Positions 38,726 through 53,554 of a stretch of DNA of 64,000 nucleotides are shown piece by piece (position 1 is the first letter of the stretch; every line of letters begins with the position of its first letter). This DNA is from Okamejei kenojei (Eukaryota), in assembly GCA_035221665.1 (NCBI GenBank), contig JAVHYY010000112.1, forward strand, positions 434,001 through 498,000, in the 5' to 3' direction. The notes beneath the pieces were generated by a model. It was not told the DNA's origin, searched no databases, and worked only from the letters and a program-made list of their open reading frames with translations. The translations under genes and the position numbers were made by a program.

Positions 38726-39829
38726 GTAAAGTTTCTCAGTTATAAGCTTCAACCCTTGTCAAATGATTTTTTTTCCAGCGTTCTGTTCAGATATATTTAC
38801 AACAAGACTGCTCTACTCAGATGTGCGTGATGGCGTACGTCACCCGGGCGGAGCGAACTGCATTTGTCTTCTGCAGATAAGAACTAGACAGATGATGTGC
38901 TGATCACTGGAACTACTAGGCGTTTCGGCAAATTTCTGTCCGAGTTATCTGCATATCAATGCACCTAACACATGCCGCAGGAGAGCAGGGCAAAGATGCG
39001 TTTTCCTCTTTGACGTAGCAGCAGTTGGAGTTCTTGGGACCCCGATATGAGTTTCGAGATTTTAATATTGTGAAAACACAACACCATTATTAAGTAATTC
39101 AACCACATAAATATTCAAATATAGTATCGGGTAGCATATTGTAACATTTATTCTAACCGATTTAAATTATTCTCAATTCATTCTGCAAAGTGTCACGGTG
39201 CAATGTAATGGAACGTAACACAATTCAGTGTCCGATAACTCAAATATATAACCATATTACCAAATAACCATATAACTATAATATAATTATTTTATTCTAA
39301 AAATAAACAATCCAACAAAAAATGAAACATATAAACGGATTTCTAATGTCTATGCCATCCATCACAATGGCATTTATAGTAATATTTTATGTACCATTTA
39401 AGATTATAATGTGTAAAATGCTTTAAAGCACAGATAATATGGTCACCTTTCCATTTCCGGTATTGAATGATGTCCTGGGCGATTATAACTAAATTTTGGA
39501 TGACTTCATGTGGCATCGTGATGGATTCGGTGCTGAAACATACTGGGTTGAGAGACAGAGATGTGTGTAAATTGAGGAGCGACACCGCATCTCTTTGTGA
39601 GATGCAGCTGAACCACGGACTGAATCAAACCCCGCTGCCGCGGGGTCATGACCAAATGAGGGCTGAAGGATATTAAAAAAAATAAAAAATCATTTTCATC
39701 AAAGCGTCTCTAGTTAACTCAAATAGGTTCCGAATTTGAACTAAACACGGTTAATACGAAAAGTGTTAAAAAGTGACTTAAACCGTTTCAACTTTTACAC
39801 TCCCCTTATCTGCTCTATAACCTTATCCT

Positions 39830-42800
39830 CTCTGACCGTACCGCCCTCTGTACACTCTACAGCAACTCTGATATTATAATCAATCCCGCCGACAAGAATT
39901 ATGCCGTGGTAATCTGGCGTGTTGGGCTCTGCCGGGCAGACGCTAGGAGACAACTCTCAGACACCTCTTCCTTCTTGGAGCATGATCCCACAGACGAGCA
40001 CCAGGCCTTAATCGCACACACCATTTCTGATTGCAGCAGTTCTGGCGGGCTGCTTTTCACAGCCTCTAAACTTATCGTTCCCAGCCCGCAGTGCCCGGTT
40101 TTGGTGCTCACCAAAATCCACTAACACAACTGCCCTGGCAGGCCCATTGTTTCTGCCTGCTCCTGTCCCAGGAGAATGATTTCCACGTACTTCGACTCCA
40201 TCCTATCACCCCTCGTCCAGTCGTTCCCGAAATATGTGCAAGATGCCTCACATGGCTTTCGTCTCCTTATTTACTTCCGCTTTCCGAGCCCCCACTCGCT
40301 CATCTTTAGTATGGACGTTCAGTCACTCTACACGTCCAATTCCCACCAGGAATGCCTCAAAACCCTCCGTTTCTTCCTCGACCGCAGAACATTCAAATGT
40401 CCCTCTACTAACACTATTCTGGGTAGTGGAGCCGATCCCCATCCTCAGCAACTTCTCATTTGATTCATCCCACACCCTCCAAGTCTGATGCGTCGCTATG
40501 CGCACCAGCGTGGGTCCCATCTGTCCCTGCCTCTTTGTAGTATACGTTGACCAATCCCTGATCCAGGCGCACCCTGGCCTTATCCCCGGACTATATCTCC
40601 TTTACATAGATTACTTCATCGGTGTTACATCTGGCAAGCATGCAGAGCTCATGGGCGTCATCAACTTCTCCACAAATTTTCATGCTGCACTCAAATCTAC
40701 TTGGACCATCTCCGACATCTCCATCTCCTTTCTTGATCTCACAGGCGCCATCACAGGAACTTGAATATTGATTAACTTCTATTAACCATCGTGCGGCAGG
40801 AGAGGAATAACAATGCAGGACCCGGCGCGGGTGTGGGGAGGGGGGGGGGGGGGCTTAGAGGAGGGAGGGGAAATATAATGGAGGACTACGAGAGGGTTGA
40901 CCGCCGTGTGGGCAGGAGAAGAACAATGGGGGACCCGGCGCAGGGGAGCCGCCGTGCGGGAGGTTGGGAAGAACAATGGACAATAGAGTGCGGGGGGGGG
41001 GGGGGGGGGGGGGGGGGGAATTGCAATGGGGAAATGGCGTGGGCGGATCTGCTGAGGGGGGGTTCGGTCAAAACCCAGAACCAGCATGCTTTGTAACTCC
41101 ACCCCTTACTCCTAATCCCTCCGCCTACTTTTTCGCCCAAGATTAAGTGTTCCATACTAGGACATCCGACATGTCCTCATTCTTCTCGTGGATGAGGCCA
41201 TCATGTCTGCTTCCTCTGTACCACGCAGCTCTACCCTTGCTCCTCTTCCCGCTATTCACAACAGAGTCCGCCTTGTCCTTATTTCCCACCACGTCAGCCA
41301 TGGCACACAACATATAATCTTCCGAAATTTCGCCACCTCCAACAGGTTCCTACCACCACCAACATTTTCCCTCCCCATCCCTTTCCGCGTTCCACAGACA
41401 CCGTTCCCTCCACAACACCCTAATTAACCCCTCCTTTCCCACCCAACCCACCGCCCACCTCCCTCCCCAGGTAACTCATGGATCATGGAAAACTTAATCG
41501 TCATTCAGACCTTACGGTCTGAACGAAATTTCGTTGCCTGCAGTCATACATATTGTAAATAACAAAACACACAATAAACACATATTGTACATCCACCACG
41601 GTGAGTTCACCAGACACATCCTCACTGTGATGGAAGGCAAAAATCTTATGCCTTTGTCTCTTCCCTTCTTGTTCTTCTTCTTCCTCTGCGCTGAGGCGAC
41701 CCAGGCCTCTGATGTTGTGACCGCACCGGGTGATATAAATAAGTCCCACGGCTGCACCCCGCTGCGCGAACGGGCCGGTTCAACTCCGGGGCCCGGTGCG
41801 GTCGAAGCTGCCGAAGCTGCCGCCCTCCAGTCCAGCGGACGCAGCTGTTGCCGCGGGAGCTCCGGAAAAACAGGTCATCAACCTGTGACCTGCGAGCTCC
41901 CAACGATGTCGTCCACTGGGCCCGCGGCTGGGCCTCCGAAGTCCCAGCCACCGCCACCGCCACCGGAATGCCGCACAGCCCCGAGTCGGGCCGCCGGAAC
42001 GCCCGAACCCGCCACAGCCCCGAAGTCGGCCAGCCTCATGCTGGTAAGTCCTGGCTGGCTCTGCCTCCGGAGCCTCGAGGTCGGTCGCGGTTGGAGGCTG
42101 TCAGCTCCGCCATTAGGCCTCAGCGCAGACGGAGACGGAGACGGTGGATACGCCAAGAAAAGTCGCGTCCCCCCCCCCCCCCCCCAAGGAAGAGACTAAG
42201 ACGTTTCTCCCCTGCAACCGCAGAACTTCCCCTGAAACCGCAGAATATGCAATACCTGTCGCTTTTCATCCTCCGTCGACTCTGTCCGGGGACCGCGACA
42301 GTCTTTTCAGGTTAGGCAGCGCCTCACTTGCAGCTCTTGCAACCGCGTCTACTGTAATTGTTGTTGTAAGATTAGGAATCTTATACATCGACGAGTGCAA
42401 ACGCTCTCTGGACAATCGCTTTGCGGAAAACATTCGCTTTGCCTCCCTGAACGTAAACGATCTCCCTGTTGCTTGACACTTTAATTCTCCTTCCCATTCC
42501 GAAACAGATATTTCTGTCCTCGGTCTCTCCATTGTCAGAGTGAGGCTAAACGCAAATTGGAGGAACAGCATCTCATATTCCGCTTATGCAGCTCACAGCC
42601 CAGTGATAGGACTATTGATTTCTCTCCCTTCAGGTAGCCCCGACAATCCCTCTCTGTCCATCCCTTCGCCACCCAAGCCGCACTAGCTTTTCATTTTCTC
42701 CCTACTAACAATGGCCTTTTTCCTATATAATTGTTACTTTTTTAACAATCTTTCATTCATTGTTCTTTACCGCTCCACATCACCGTCTACATCTCTCGTT

Positions 42801-42955
42801 TCTCTTCTCCCGAACCAGCCTGAAGAAGGGTATCGACCCGAAACGTCACCCATTTCCCCACCCTATCGATGCAGCCTGTCCTGCTGAGTTACTCCAGCTT
42901 TTTGTGTCAACCTTCGGTTTAAACCAGCATCTGGTATTCCTTTTTACGCATAACA
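39830..42955 (+). mobile_element. Degenerate Penelope-like element (RT plus GIY-YIG plus pLTR) with two nested insertions (~40785-41060, ~41476-42200)
   Basis: Peptide remnants FSMDVQSLYTSNSHQECL, LYLLYIDYFIG, ISFLDL and LYIDECKRSLDNRFAENIR. Hammerhead-like core CTGAAGAAGGGTATCGACCCGAAACGTC at ~42820-42847. Confidence 0.8.
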
Positions 42956-44580
42956 CGGAAAGGTAGTTGTGATCACTACGTAAACGTCTGTGTTGGCGTT
43001 CAGCTCCTGCCGCTGGATGGCGCATTTTTCCGCCAATACCACCAAAGTTACATGAAATATTAAAAACCATAGAAACACAGAAAATAGGTGCAGGATTTGG
43101 CAATTCGCCCCCTCGAGCCAACGCCGCCATTAAATATGATCATGACTGTTCACACAAAATCAGTACCCTGTTTAGATTTTTCCCCACATCCCTTTATTCC
43201 GTTGGCCCCAAGAGCTATATCTAACTCTCTCTTTAATATATCACGCAGGTTTTCCAGATATGCTGCCGTACCCATGCATTACTTCACCGTTTTGTGTATT
43301 TTTGTTTTACGAGCCAGGATCTGCATTTCCTGGTGACAAAATCAATTTCATTCCATAATTTATTTGGTGAGCAAGGGAAGGCTATCGCCCGTTTTTCGTC
43401 CAAATATTTGTCACCCTCCAGTGTTCAGGTCCTTGCTCCATCTCCAGATTCACATTATCTACAATTTGCTACATCCATTGGCACCTGCATCAATTGCTGC
43501 CTTTGCTGCTGGGGAGAGTGCAACATCTAACCCGTGATCTCACAACGGCTAACTTCACAGACCAGCTGATATAATTGTCGCAAGAACGGAAGATGGCTCA
43601 GACAGCTTTGCTGTACAGTAAGGTGGTTCCTGTGTAAGCTCATTTTGTACTAACCTCTTCTATTACTTCCCGTTCAGGATTTATATAACTTCTCGCTCAG
43701 AATTTTTATTTACCTCAAAGATACCCCACTCTCCCCAGCTAGTTGGCAACAATGCAGAACTAACGGCGAATAATAGTTGTAATATCAATTGAAATGGTGG
43801 TATACCGCTATACGTTAAACAGTTTCCTTGTGAGTAGAACATCTGGACAGAGAAATGAGAAGGGAACGGGTAACTTGTATAACGTAACTGCGGCCTTAAA
43901 TCAATCGGAGCAATCTGGTCTATTGTCTATCGTATCAGCACAATGTAGAACCCCCAGATAACATTATTCGGCTTATAATATGATAACTATTCCGGTAATC
44001 TAAGCTGACGATGCGGGTCTCCTTGCTAAACAATTCTTCTATTACTGTCTTTATTTCACGTTTGGAGTACACGGCACCGTATATATAAGATTGCTAAGAC
44101 AACAAAAATCCCCATCTTCAGCTGAAAAGTGAGCGCGAATCGGGGCACTTCAGATCTATAATACAGAAGGGTGTACATCGTGTCTGAATGTTTTACTCTG
44201 GTCCAATCAAAAGTGGAAACGGCGATGAAGTAATGGAGTAAGTTTAAAAGCTGAACAATTCACGTAAAACACGAATCCGTGAAGTCTAATCAGGTGCGAT
44301 AGCATTTCTGGAAAGAGAAACAGGATCCAAATCGTGTCACTCTTCGTTCTTGCTCGAACCCTGCCTGCGCAGGGCCCATCGCATAAGTTATGTCCTTGAG
44401 AACTCTCCCAGCGCAATACTCCGTGCGCCAGCAGTTATGCGCTGACAGGGAGGGATCATCCAGTAGCGCCCTGGCTAGGTTAATTCCGATTAATCGTAAA
44501 CGAACGGCCACTCCCTAACTGTTACTCCCCGATACGACTAGTTTTACACATTTCAGAGCAGATCGGCCTGCTGATTTTGT

Positions 44581-47500
44581 TTTTTTTTTTTTTTTTTAAT
44601 TTATTTATTATAGAAACAAAATAACAACCAGTTACATTATATTTCAGTAGTAAAAATACATAGTCCTAATAACTGATTCATACTAATCATATTATTTATA
44701 CTGTATTATCCTTAGTTATAGATTTCAGAGTTATGTATTTTATATAATTAAAGATACATAATACTACTAATACATTCACAATATTAGCATTATACTCGTA
44801 CTATTAGTAATTATCATTTTATTTCTAATTTTATTAAGTATAAGACCAAATTTTATGATATTATTGATACAAAAAGTTAGTAAATCTTATATAATTCTTA
44901 TTATTTCTTCCTAATGCTAACAATATTTATTTTAATCGCTAAATTTAAAATTATTGTACCATTAAAAGCATATAATTTTATATAATTAAAAATATAATAA
45001 TACTAGGAAATGCTAAATAATACTAACAATGTTCTTATAAAATCTAATGATATTTATAGTCATTCTAATATTAAGCTAGTGTGTTTCTATATTATTTTTT
45101 TATTTTTTATTTAGATATAAGAAAATAGAAAAATTAGGAAATAGAATAAAGAATAAGAAGAGGTTTGATGGAGAATAAAATATTCGTCAATAATCCGTCC
45201 TTATAGATATATTCATGATTTATTATATGTATCTCTTCATCCACTCAAATGTCCAGGCCTCAGTCAGGTTCCCGCGCCGAACCATTACGACCCTGCAAAT
45301 ATATTTAATATATGGAGACCAAATACATCTGAAGAGATCTAACCTATCCATAAGGACAAGCCTCAATCTCTCCAAATGAAGTGTCTCCGACATTTCTATA
45401 TTCCACATTTTGATTGTTGGGAATGCAGGGCCTTTCCAAAATTTTAATATTATTTTTTTCCCAATTATTAAACCATAATCAATAAAAGTTCTTTGATTCG
45501 TTGTTATTAATTGGTCAGTTTCAATTATTCCAAGTATAATCAGCTTTGGGTCAGGGATTATATTTATATTAATAACAGTCGAGATTATTTTAAATATTTC
45601 CTTCCAGTATTCTACAATTTTTATGCAGTTAGTGAATGAATGTGTCAAATTTGCTTCTGAAATTTGACATTTGTCACATATTGGAGATATTTTTGGAAAA
45701 ATAATTATGTAATTTAGATTTAGAGTAATGTAATCTATGTAATATTTTAAACTGTATAAGAGAATGTTTAGCGTTTAAAGAACAATAATGTATATGTTGT
45801 AAACTTTCATCCCATATTTCTGGTCTTATTATTTGGCCTAATTCCTTTTTCCCCAAGATTCTCTGTATATTTCTGTTGATGGAGTATCGTTTTCCAGTAA
45901 AATATTATATATATATGATATCATTTTTTCCATATTTGGATGTTTATTCAAACATTCATCTAAAATTTCTATTTTTCTATTTCTAAATTCATATATATTT
46001 ACAGAGGCATAGTTTTCTAATTTGTAAATATCTGAAATATTCTTTATTATGTAGCCCATAAAATTTTGTTGCAACTCTTGAAATGAAAGAAAAGTATTTT
46101 CCTTATAAAGATCACCCATCTTAGAAATTCCTTTATTTTTTCCATTGTAAAAAAGCCTTATCCAAAATCGAAGGTTTAAACATAAAATTATTAACAATCT
46201 TAAGACTTATTGGTATAGATTTTAGTTTTAATGCTTTCTTTATTTGTTTCCATATGCGGATTCCATTTTCTATTATCGGATTTTCACTATAAACTTTCTT
46301 AGCTACATTAATATTAGCAAATATTATAGAGCTAATTTCTAATGGAGAACAATCTTCTTCTTCCATACTTAACCAATTTGGTTTATTATCTATTTCTCCT
46401 AACCAAAAATTCATGTTTTTTAATATTAACTGCCCAGTAATAAAACATCAAAGTTTGGTAACGCTAATCCTCCTTTATTTTAGACTTACATAAATGTTTT
46501 TTATTTATTCTATGAATCTTATAATCCCAAATAAAATTCGTAATTAAAGAATCTACTTTTTTAAAAAAAAATTTTTGGAAGATATATCGGGATTAATTGA
46601 AATAAATATAATAATTGTGGAAGAAAAATCATTTTTATTGCATTAATTTTCCCTATCATCGAAATAGGTAAACTTTTCCAGTATGAAATATTTCTTATTT
46701 AATTTATCTAGTAATGGGGGAAAATTAGATTTAAATAGAGAATTAAATCTTTTTGTAACAAAAATCCCAAGATATTTAATATTTTCATTTGTTATCTTAA
46801 AAGGAAATTGTTGTAATATATGTAACTTATTCATTGTTATAGGCATAAGTTCACTTTTATTCCAATTAATACTGTATCCTGAAAGTGATCCGAATTCCGT
46901 TATTAGTTTTAAAACAAATTTCGAATACTTATTTCTGGTTGAGTGATATAAAAGTAATACATCAATCTGCATATAAGGAAATTTTATTCTTAGTATTTGC
47001 GGTATCATATCCATATATTTCCGGGTGTAGTCTTACCCTCTGAGCAAGTGGTTCTATTGCTAATGCAAACAATAAAGGTGATAAAGGGCAACCTTGCCTA
47101 CAACCTCGTGATAAATTAAATTTAATTGATAACATTCGATTTGTTGTTATTCTAGCTATTGGATTTGCATATAATAATTTAATCCAAGTAATAAACTCCT
47201 CTCCTAATTTAAAAGCTTCCATCACCGAAAATAAATAGGGCCATTCCACTTGGTCAAAAGCCTTTTCTGCATCAAGCGAAATAACTACTAAATCTTTTTT
47301 ATCACTTCTTTTCGAATATATAATATTAAACAATCGTCTTAGATTATATGAAGAATATCGTTTTGGTATAAATCCAGTTTGATCCGGATGTATTAATTCA
47401 TCAACAATTGAACTCAATCTTTTTGCTAATATTGTTGTTAATATCTTTTGATCTGTATTTAATAGAGCTATTGCTCTATATGATCCTGGTTCGTCTAAGT

Positions 47501-50500
47501 CTTTATTTATTTTAGGTATGAGTGTTATAATCGATTCGTTCAATGTATCTGGAAGCTTCTGTTCTGTATATATCTGTTCATATAGTGATTTTAAATATGG
47601 AACTATATATTCATGAAATGTTTTATAAAAATTCCGAACCTATACCATCAGGTCCTGGTGTTTTAACCGTTTTTTAATGATCTAATAGATTCTTTAATTT
47701 CATTTATTGAAATATCAGCATTTAATAATTTTCTATTTTGTAAATCCAGTCCTTTCAAGTTACATTTTTTTATAAATGCATCTATTTCTATTTTACTTAC
47801 TGTTGTTTTAAGCAGTGTATAATTTTTTATAATATTGCATAAATCTTTCATTAATATCTTTAGGTTGTATTAATAAATCACCATTTTTGTGATTTAATCC
47901 TATGTATAAATTTTTTTTCCGCTTCAATTTTCCTTAATTGTCGAGCCAGCAGTTTTTGGGGCTTATCCCCGAATTCAAACTGTAATTGTTTAGTATGTTG
48001 GTAAAATTTTATCACTTGATCTGTATATATTTTATTTAATTTATATTTCAATATAACAATTTTATTATGTAATGTCGTATCTGGTTTTATTGCATTCTGT
48101 ATATCTAATTCCTTAATCTCCTTTTCTAGATCTTGTTGTTCTTTCCGAGTCTTTTTATTGTCAAATGCTTGTGAAGAAATCATTATTCCTCGAAGATATG
48201 CCTTAAATGTTTCCCACAATAAAGAACGCGATATCTCTGGTTGATCATTTATTTCAAAAAAAGTTTTAATTTGAGTTATGATATATTCCTGAGAGGCTTT
48301 GTTTTTTAAAATTTGTGGGTTAAATTTCCACTGTCTTAAATTTTCTATTTTATTATTAATTTTAATTTTAAAACGTTACTGGAGCGTGATCTGAGATTAT
48401 TATATTATCATATTTAGCTTCATAAGTAAGTGAGATAAGTTTTGCATCCACCAAAAAATAATCTATTCTTGAGTAAGTTTTATGTACTGGGGAGTAAAAA
48501 GAATATTCTCGTCCTGTAGGATTTTCTGTTCTCCAAACATCTTTAATGTTGGTTGTTTGCATATATGCATTTAGCAAATCACTAGAACGTGATTTGTTTT
48601 TTCTTTGTTTTTGTAGATCTGTCTAAGTAAGGGTCTAATGTACAGTTGAAATCTCCACCAATTATCAAATTATATTGTGTTTAATTCCGGAATATTATTA
48701 AATACTTTTTAAAAAAACAATGGACTATCAAAATTTGGTCCATATATATTAACAAGAATTACTTTTTCTGTATTTAATTCTCCTATCACAAATAATATAT
48801 CTACCATCTTTATCATCTATGGTTAATGTATGTTTAAATAAAGTACCTTTACGAAATAATATTGCTACGCCTCTTGATTTATGTGTAAAAGAAGAGTGAT
48901 AATATTTTATCTATCCATTTAGCTTTCAACCTGTTTTCCGCCTCTTTTTTTTAGATGGGTCTTGAATGTAAATTACATCAGCTTTACTTGCCTTTAAGTA
49001 TGTCAATACTTTTCCTCTCTTTATCGGTTCATTAATACCTTTAACATTCCAACTGCAGAATGTTAATCCCTCATTCCCCGTATTTCTTTTTAAGTCTTGC
49101 ATTTTTAGATTTATTGGGGATCTGCAGGATCTAAGGATCAGCGCGATAAACCCAACCTTACACCTGAACCCCGAGTGGATGTAGTTTAAATCTCTTTTTT
49201 TGCCCCTCATGAATATATCTCCCTTGGTACATTATATTACTCCAATCAAACCAAAAATTACTATAGATATAAAAGATAGAAAGAAAATAAATAGAAGTAC
49301 TGTGTGTAAAAGAAAAAAGAACTACATCTAGAATCGATGTAGTTTGTGCCAGCCATATTAAGATGACTATATATCTAACGACTTCCGTCATCGATGTTAT
49401 TAACACGACCAGCTCCTGGAATTAGGGAATTACTATTCCTTAACAATATTTTAAACGGGGGTATAATGTATATAATGTAAAAAAAGGGGGGGGGGGGGGG
49501 GGGGGGGGAATAATAATAAAAAAAAAAAAAAAAAACCAGGAAGGGGAGAGAAAAAGAGAAAAGAGGAAGAATAAAAAAAAAAGGTTCTTTCCTTTAAAAA
49601 TATCAATATCTAAAGCTAACTTAGAAATCTAACTAATATTAGACATAAAAAAATACAAAGGCTATATAAAAAGATGAATAACATACAATTAATTCAGTTC
49701 AAAAAAGGGAAAATTAGTTATTAATTATTAGTAATAGTGATTAGTAATAATAGACATTCCTAATTAATAAAAAAATAGGGTGGGAAAAACTGATAATAAA
49801 ACCGTATTATAATCTTAATGTGTGTATTAATTATTTTTGTTAGTTATATGTTAGAACTAATTATCAATGTCCAGATATCCAGATGACGTTGTCAAATCTT
49901 GTTTTATTCCCCTCCATTCCATTCGACATTGTCTATTCCATCAAGTCCAATATCCTCTTGAAGAGTCTCAGTAAATATTAAAAGTTCATGTTGAATATCT
50001 GAAGATGGTAAAAGTCAGTATAACTTGCTTGTAGGTATTCTTCAAGTCTTGAACTGCTGAGCAAACTCCAATGCTGTGTTTGGGGTCTTAAAAAAGTACT
50101 CCCACTTTCTTATAAGAAACTCTTAAAAGTCGCTGGGTAGTTCAAACCGTTATCTCAGATTTTCTACTCCACGCATAAGACTTTTGGCTTCATTGAATGC
50201 TTTTCGTTTCCTGGCGACCTCTGGTGGATAGTCTCGATAAATACTAATCTTTTGACCTTCAAATGTCAAGCTTTTAGTTTTTCGAAGCTTTCCGCATAAT
50301 CTCATCCAGAACAAAAATCAAAACTGTACTTTAATGATCATTTGCCTGGGAGGAGCGCCGGGTCTGGTCTGACGTCTACTGACTCTGTGAGCACGAGCTA
50401 ATAAAGGCATCTCTTCCAGAGATAAGACTTCTTTGAGTAATTTAGCAGTGAACTCTCGAGGGCCGTCGATATTCTCTCGACCCTCAGGAATCCCTACAAT

Positions 50501-51305
50501 TCTCAGATTTTGCCTTCTCTGATGTCCTTCTAGCTCAGTACATTTCTCGGCTGTTTTTTAGTCAGCATACTCATCAGACGTTCATTTTCTGTAATCAAAT
50601 TCGCTGTAGTCAAAGCATTCGCTTCAGCTGTCTGTTCAAGGTCTTTTATTGCAGCCATCTGTTGTTTCTGCATTTCTTCAATAGGTTTAAATCTGTTGTC
50701 AATGTCTTTTTTTAATGTCTTTTTTAAACCTTTCCAGTTTTTTATCCAGCTTTTCCTCCATGTCATTAAAACGTGTCAATAAACTCTTCTTTTAAATCAT
50801 CCGACATTTTCTTAACCTTTTTTTCAATAATTGTGTTTGTTTCCTTTTTTAACTCCATCAGTTGAGTTTTCATCTGATTCATCTGTATATCAATCGAGCT
50901 ATTTATTTGACTTATATCTTCCTTTAATTCTTCCTTTAACTTAACTATCTGCTGAGAAATAAAGGATTTCAATTCCTCACCTTCCACTTTTTTGTCCCTG
51001 GTTTCTTGGACACATCTTCCTGGGATCGAGTCCTAGTCGACACATCTTCCTGGGATCGAGTTCTAATCGACTCCCAGGCTTCACTTGGGCCTTCTCCCGG
51101 TTTCGGCTTTCGAGCTTTACTCTTATCTGTGGGGCTCCGTGGAACCGACATAGCTCGTCGCGCGCCTGATGACGTCACTCGGTGAGGAAACTACAAACAG
51201 CTCGTTGCAGACAGCCGGTAAGTCTTCTAAAACCCCCGTTTTTAACGATTTTTTTGCAGAGCTGGCTGGCACTATACTCTAGGGCTCCATAGCGCCACCG
51301 GAAGT
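44581..51305 (-). mobile_element. Full-length (~6.7 kb) AT-rich L1-clade LINE with poly(A) and 16-bp TSD
   Basis: TSD GGCCTGCTGATTTTGT at 44565-44580 and 51306-51321, and a poly(T) run at 44581-44597. ORF1 pieces span ~51178-50030 (coiled coil, RRQNLRIVGIPEG). ORF2 pieces span ~49102-45223 (SWNVKG, YSRIDYF, SDH, YRAIALLN, SLDAEKAFD, RQGCPLSP, YAD). The 5' end is ACTTCCGG. Confidence 0.93.
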
Positions 51306-53554
51306 GGCCTGCTGATTTTGTACACGTAAACTGTGCAGAAGGTCAAAAGGATGGTTGGCAGCTAACGAACTCAGTTTTGCACCAACAGAAAATGAAAGAA
51401 CTTCTGCAAAAGCGAGAACAGTACGGAGACGAATTTCACTGCCTTGGCCTTCATATAATATTTTATGTTAAAGTTGCCGACAACGGGGCAGGATGGACAA
51501 TGCACGGAATGTCGTAATCAGCCAATAGGGACGTTGACAGTGATGGCCTAGGAAATAAAAAAATCAGAGACCAGGTAACACGTGCGCATTGACGTGCTAG
51601 AATAACTCAGCTATCAGGCAAAATCATCTGGCTTCGATAGATCGGGTGGTCAAAAAGGCTTTTGGCACATTGGCCTCATCAGCTAGAGTGTTGAGTATAG
51701 AAGATGAGTATAGCAGTTATTAAGACGTTCGTGAGACTACATTTAGTTATAGGAAATATGTTGTCAACCTGGATAGGGACTATCGCGACATTTTAGAAGC
51801 AGTTAGACACATGACACATAGCAGTTACGCACATGGATAGGACAGGTTTGAACCAAATACTGGCAGGTGGTACTAGGGTAATGGGACATGTTGACCGTTA
51901 TGCGCAAGTAGGGCTAACGGGCCTGTTTCCACTGTGTCACTCTATGACTAGGAACATTTAAACACAAAATGCTGGAGTAAATCGGGCGTTCAAGCAGCAT
52001 ATCTGGAAACAGGGAATATGTGATATTTCGGGCCGGAACCCTTCTTTATAATATTCTGTGCCTACCTGCGGTATAAACCAGCATCTACAGCTCCTCCTAC
52101 ACATGGAATACACTGAAAGAACGACGTTTTGGGCCGGAACTCTTCTTCAGACAGCGCCTATATATGCCTTCCAAAGAAGCAGGATAACCCGCTGATTTAT
52201 TAAAAAAAATGTAATTCATTGAAGATTTGAACATCTGCTGATCCTGCTACCAGAAAAGTTCATTTTGGTGCACTTTGCTTTCCCCTATTTTACAAAGCTT
52301 GCACGGAGGTTGATACAGAATCATGGATTTTAGAAATAGATAATAAACGCGTTTATTGATTCGCAAATGTTCACACAGCCGAAGCGGCATCGATGGTTGC
52401 ATGAATGTTTTGAGAGATACACACCACACGGGTGCAAACACCAAATCCATAACAACCTATCACTGGGGATAAGGTAACTGTAACATTGGTACTTCATGCA
52501 CTATATTTAGCCCACAGTTTGAGTTGGTTCACCGACAGCTCCAATCAGTGAATCGATACATCATCGACAGCATTTCTCCTCGTAACATAATGCGTTGGAA
52601 TCAGATGAGGACGGTGGAATTGATTTATTATCCAATACTTGCTGCAGTGGGAGTTTTCGGTAGGTCTTCATGCGCACAATGTGTCGGTTGAACAGTGTGC
52701 TAAACCGTACTTGTTTTGATCGTGGAAGGAACAGAGAAAAGTAATGAAATTAAATGTTGGTGACAGTGGAGGAAGCTGGATGCATGGAGGGGAAATTGAG
52801 TTATCGTTCGATGTCGAAGATTTGTCCTCACCATTGTAGCGTTATTATTTTCTATTCCCTTTTAACACTTAATTTAGTCTTACATCACACTAGTGTAAGT
52901 GCCAAGAATCGCAGAATAAAGAATACTATTTTCGTCAAAAACGACCAAATAGTAAAATGGCGAATTTATTCTCATTCTTACATTGTTGATGTATGCTGTT
53001 CTTTAGAGAGCCAGTGGTTATACAGGACAAGCATCAGATAAGGGATGGGGAGGGCGGTGGGGGTGGAGGTGGGTGGTGGGTGGGGGGGGGGGGGGGGGGG
53101 GGGCGGGGGGGGGGGGGGCGGGGGGGGGGTTGTGGTTAAGCGGTTAGAGAAGCATTCGTTATGAAAACGACACACTAAGATGGAATGGAACCAGTGACGG
53201 GAGAGTAGTAACGGAGTCGGAGTGAAAAAAAGACTGCGGGACGGACTGAATGTCGCTTCTACGTCAGGTTCAGAGGGTACAGCAGTAAAGTAATTCCTGT
53301 GCGTTCTGTGTGTTTTTCCTTTGTGTCCATTCCTGATTTAGAAATAATTTAATTTGTTATTTCTCGTTTACCATTGCTTCCAGTCCTCTGCCCTTTTTGT
53401 GCGGACTATGTATTAAATGAGCGGTGGACCCAAACGTAATTTATTCCCTTCTCTATACGAAACTAGTGCAATAAATGCACAGACATAATTGAGAAAAGGA
53501 GTTTTTACAATTCGTTCGAAAGAAGATTGCAGCGATTTAGCCGAGCAACATAAT

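Noticed and set aside
41534-42315. 221-aa and 155-aa GC-rich ORFs
   Set aside because: They lie in a GC-rich non-autonomous insertion nested in a Penelope element and have no recognisable domain.
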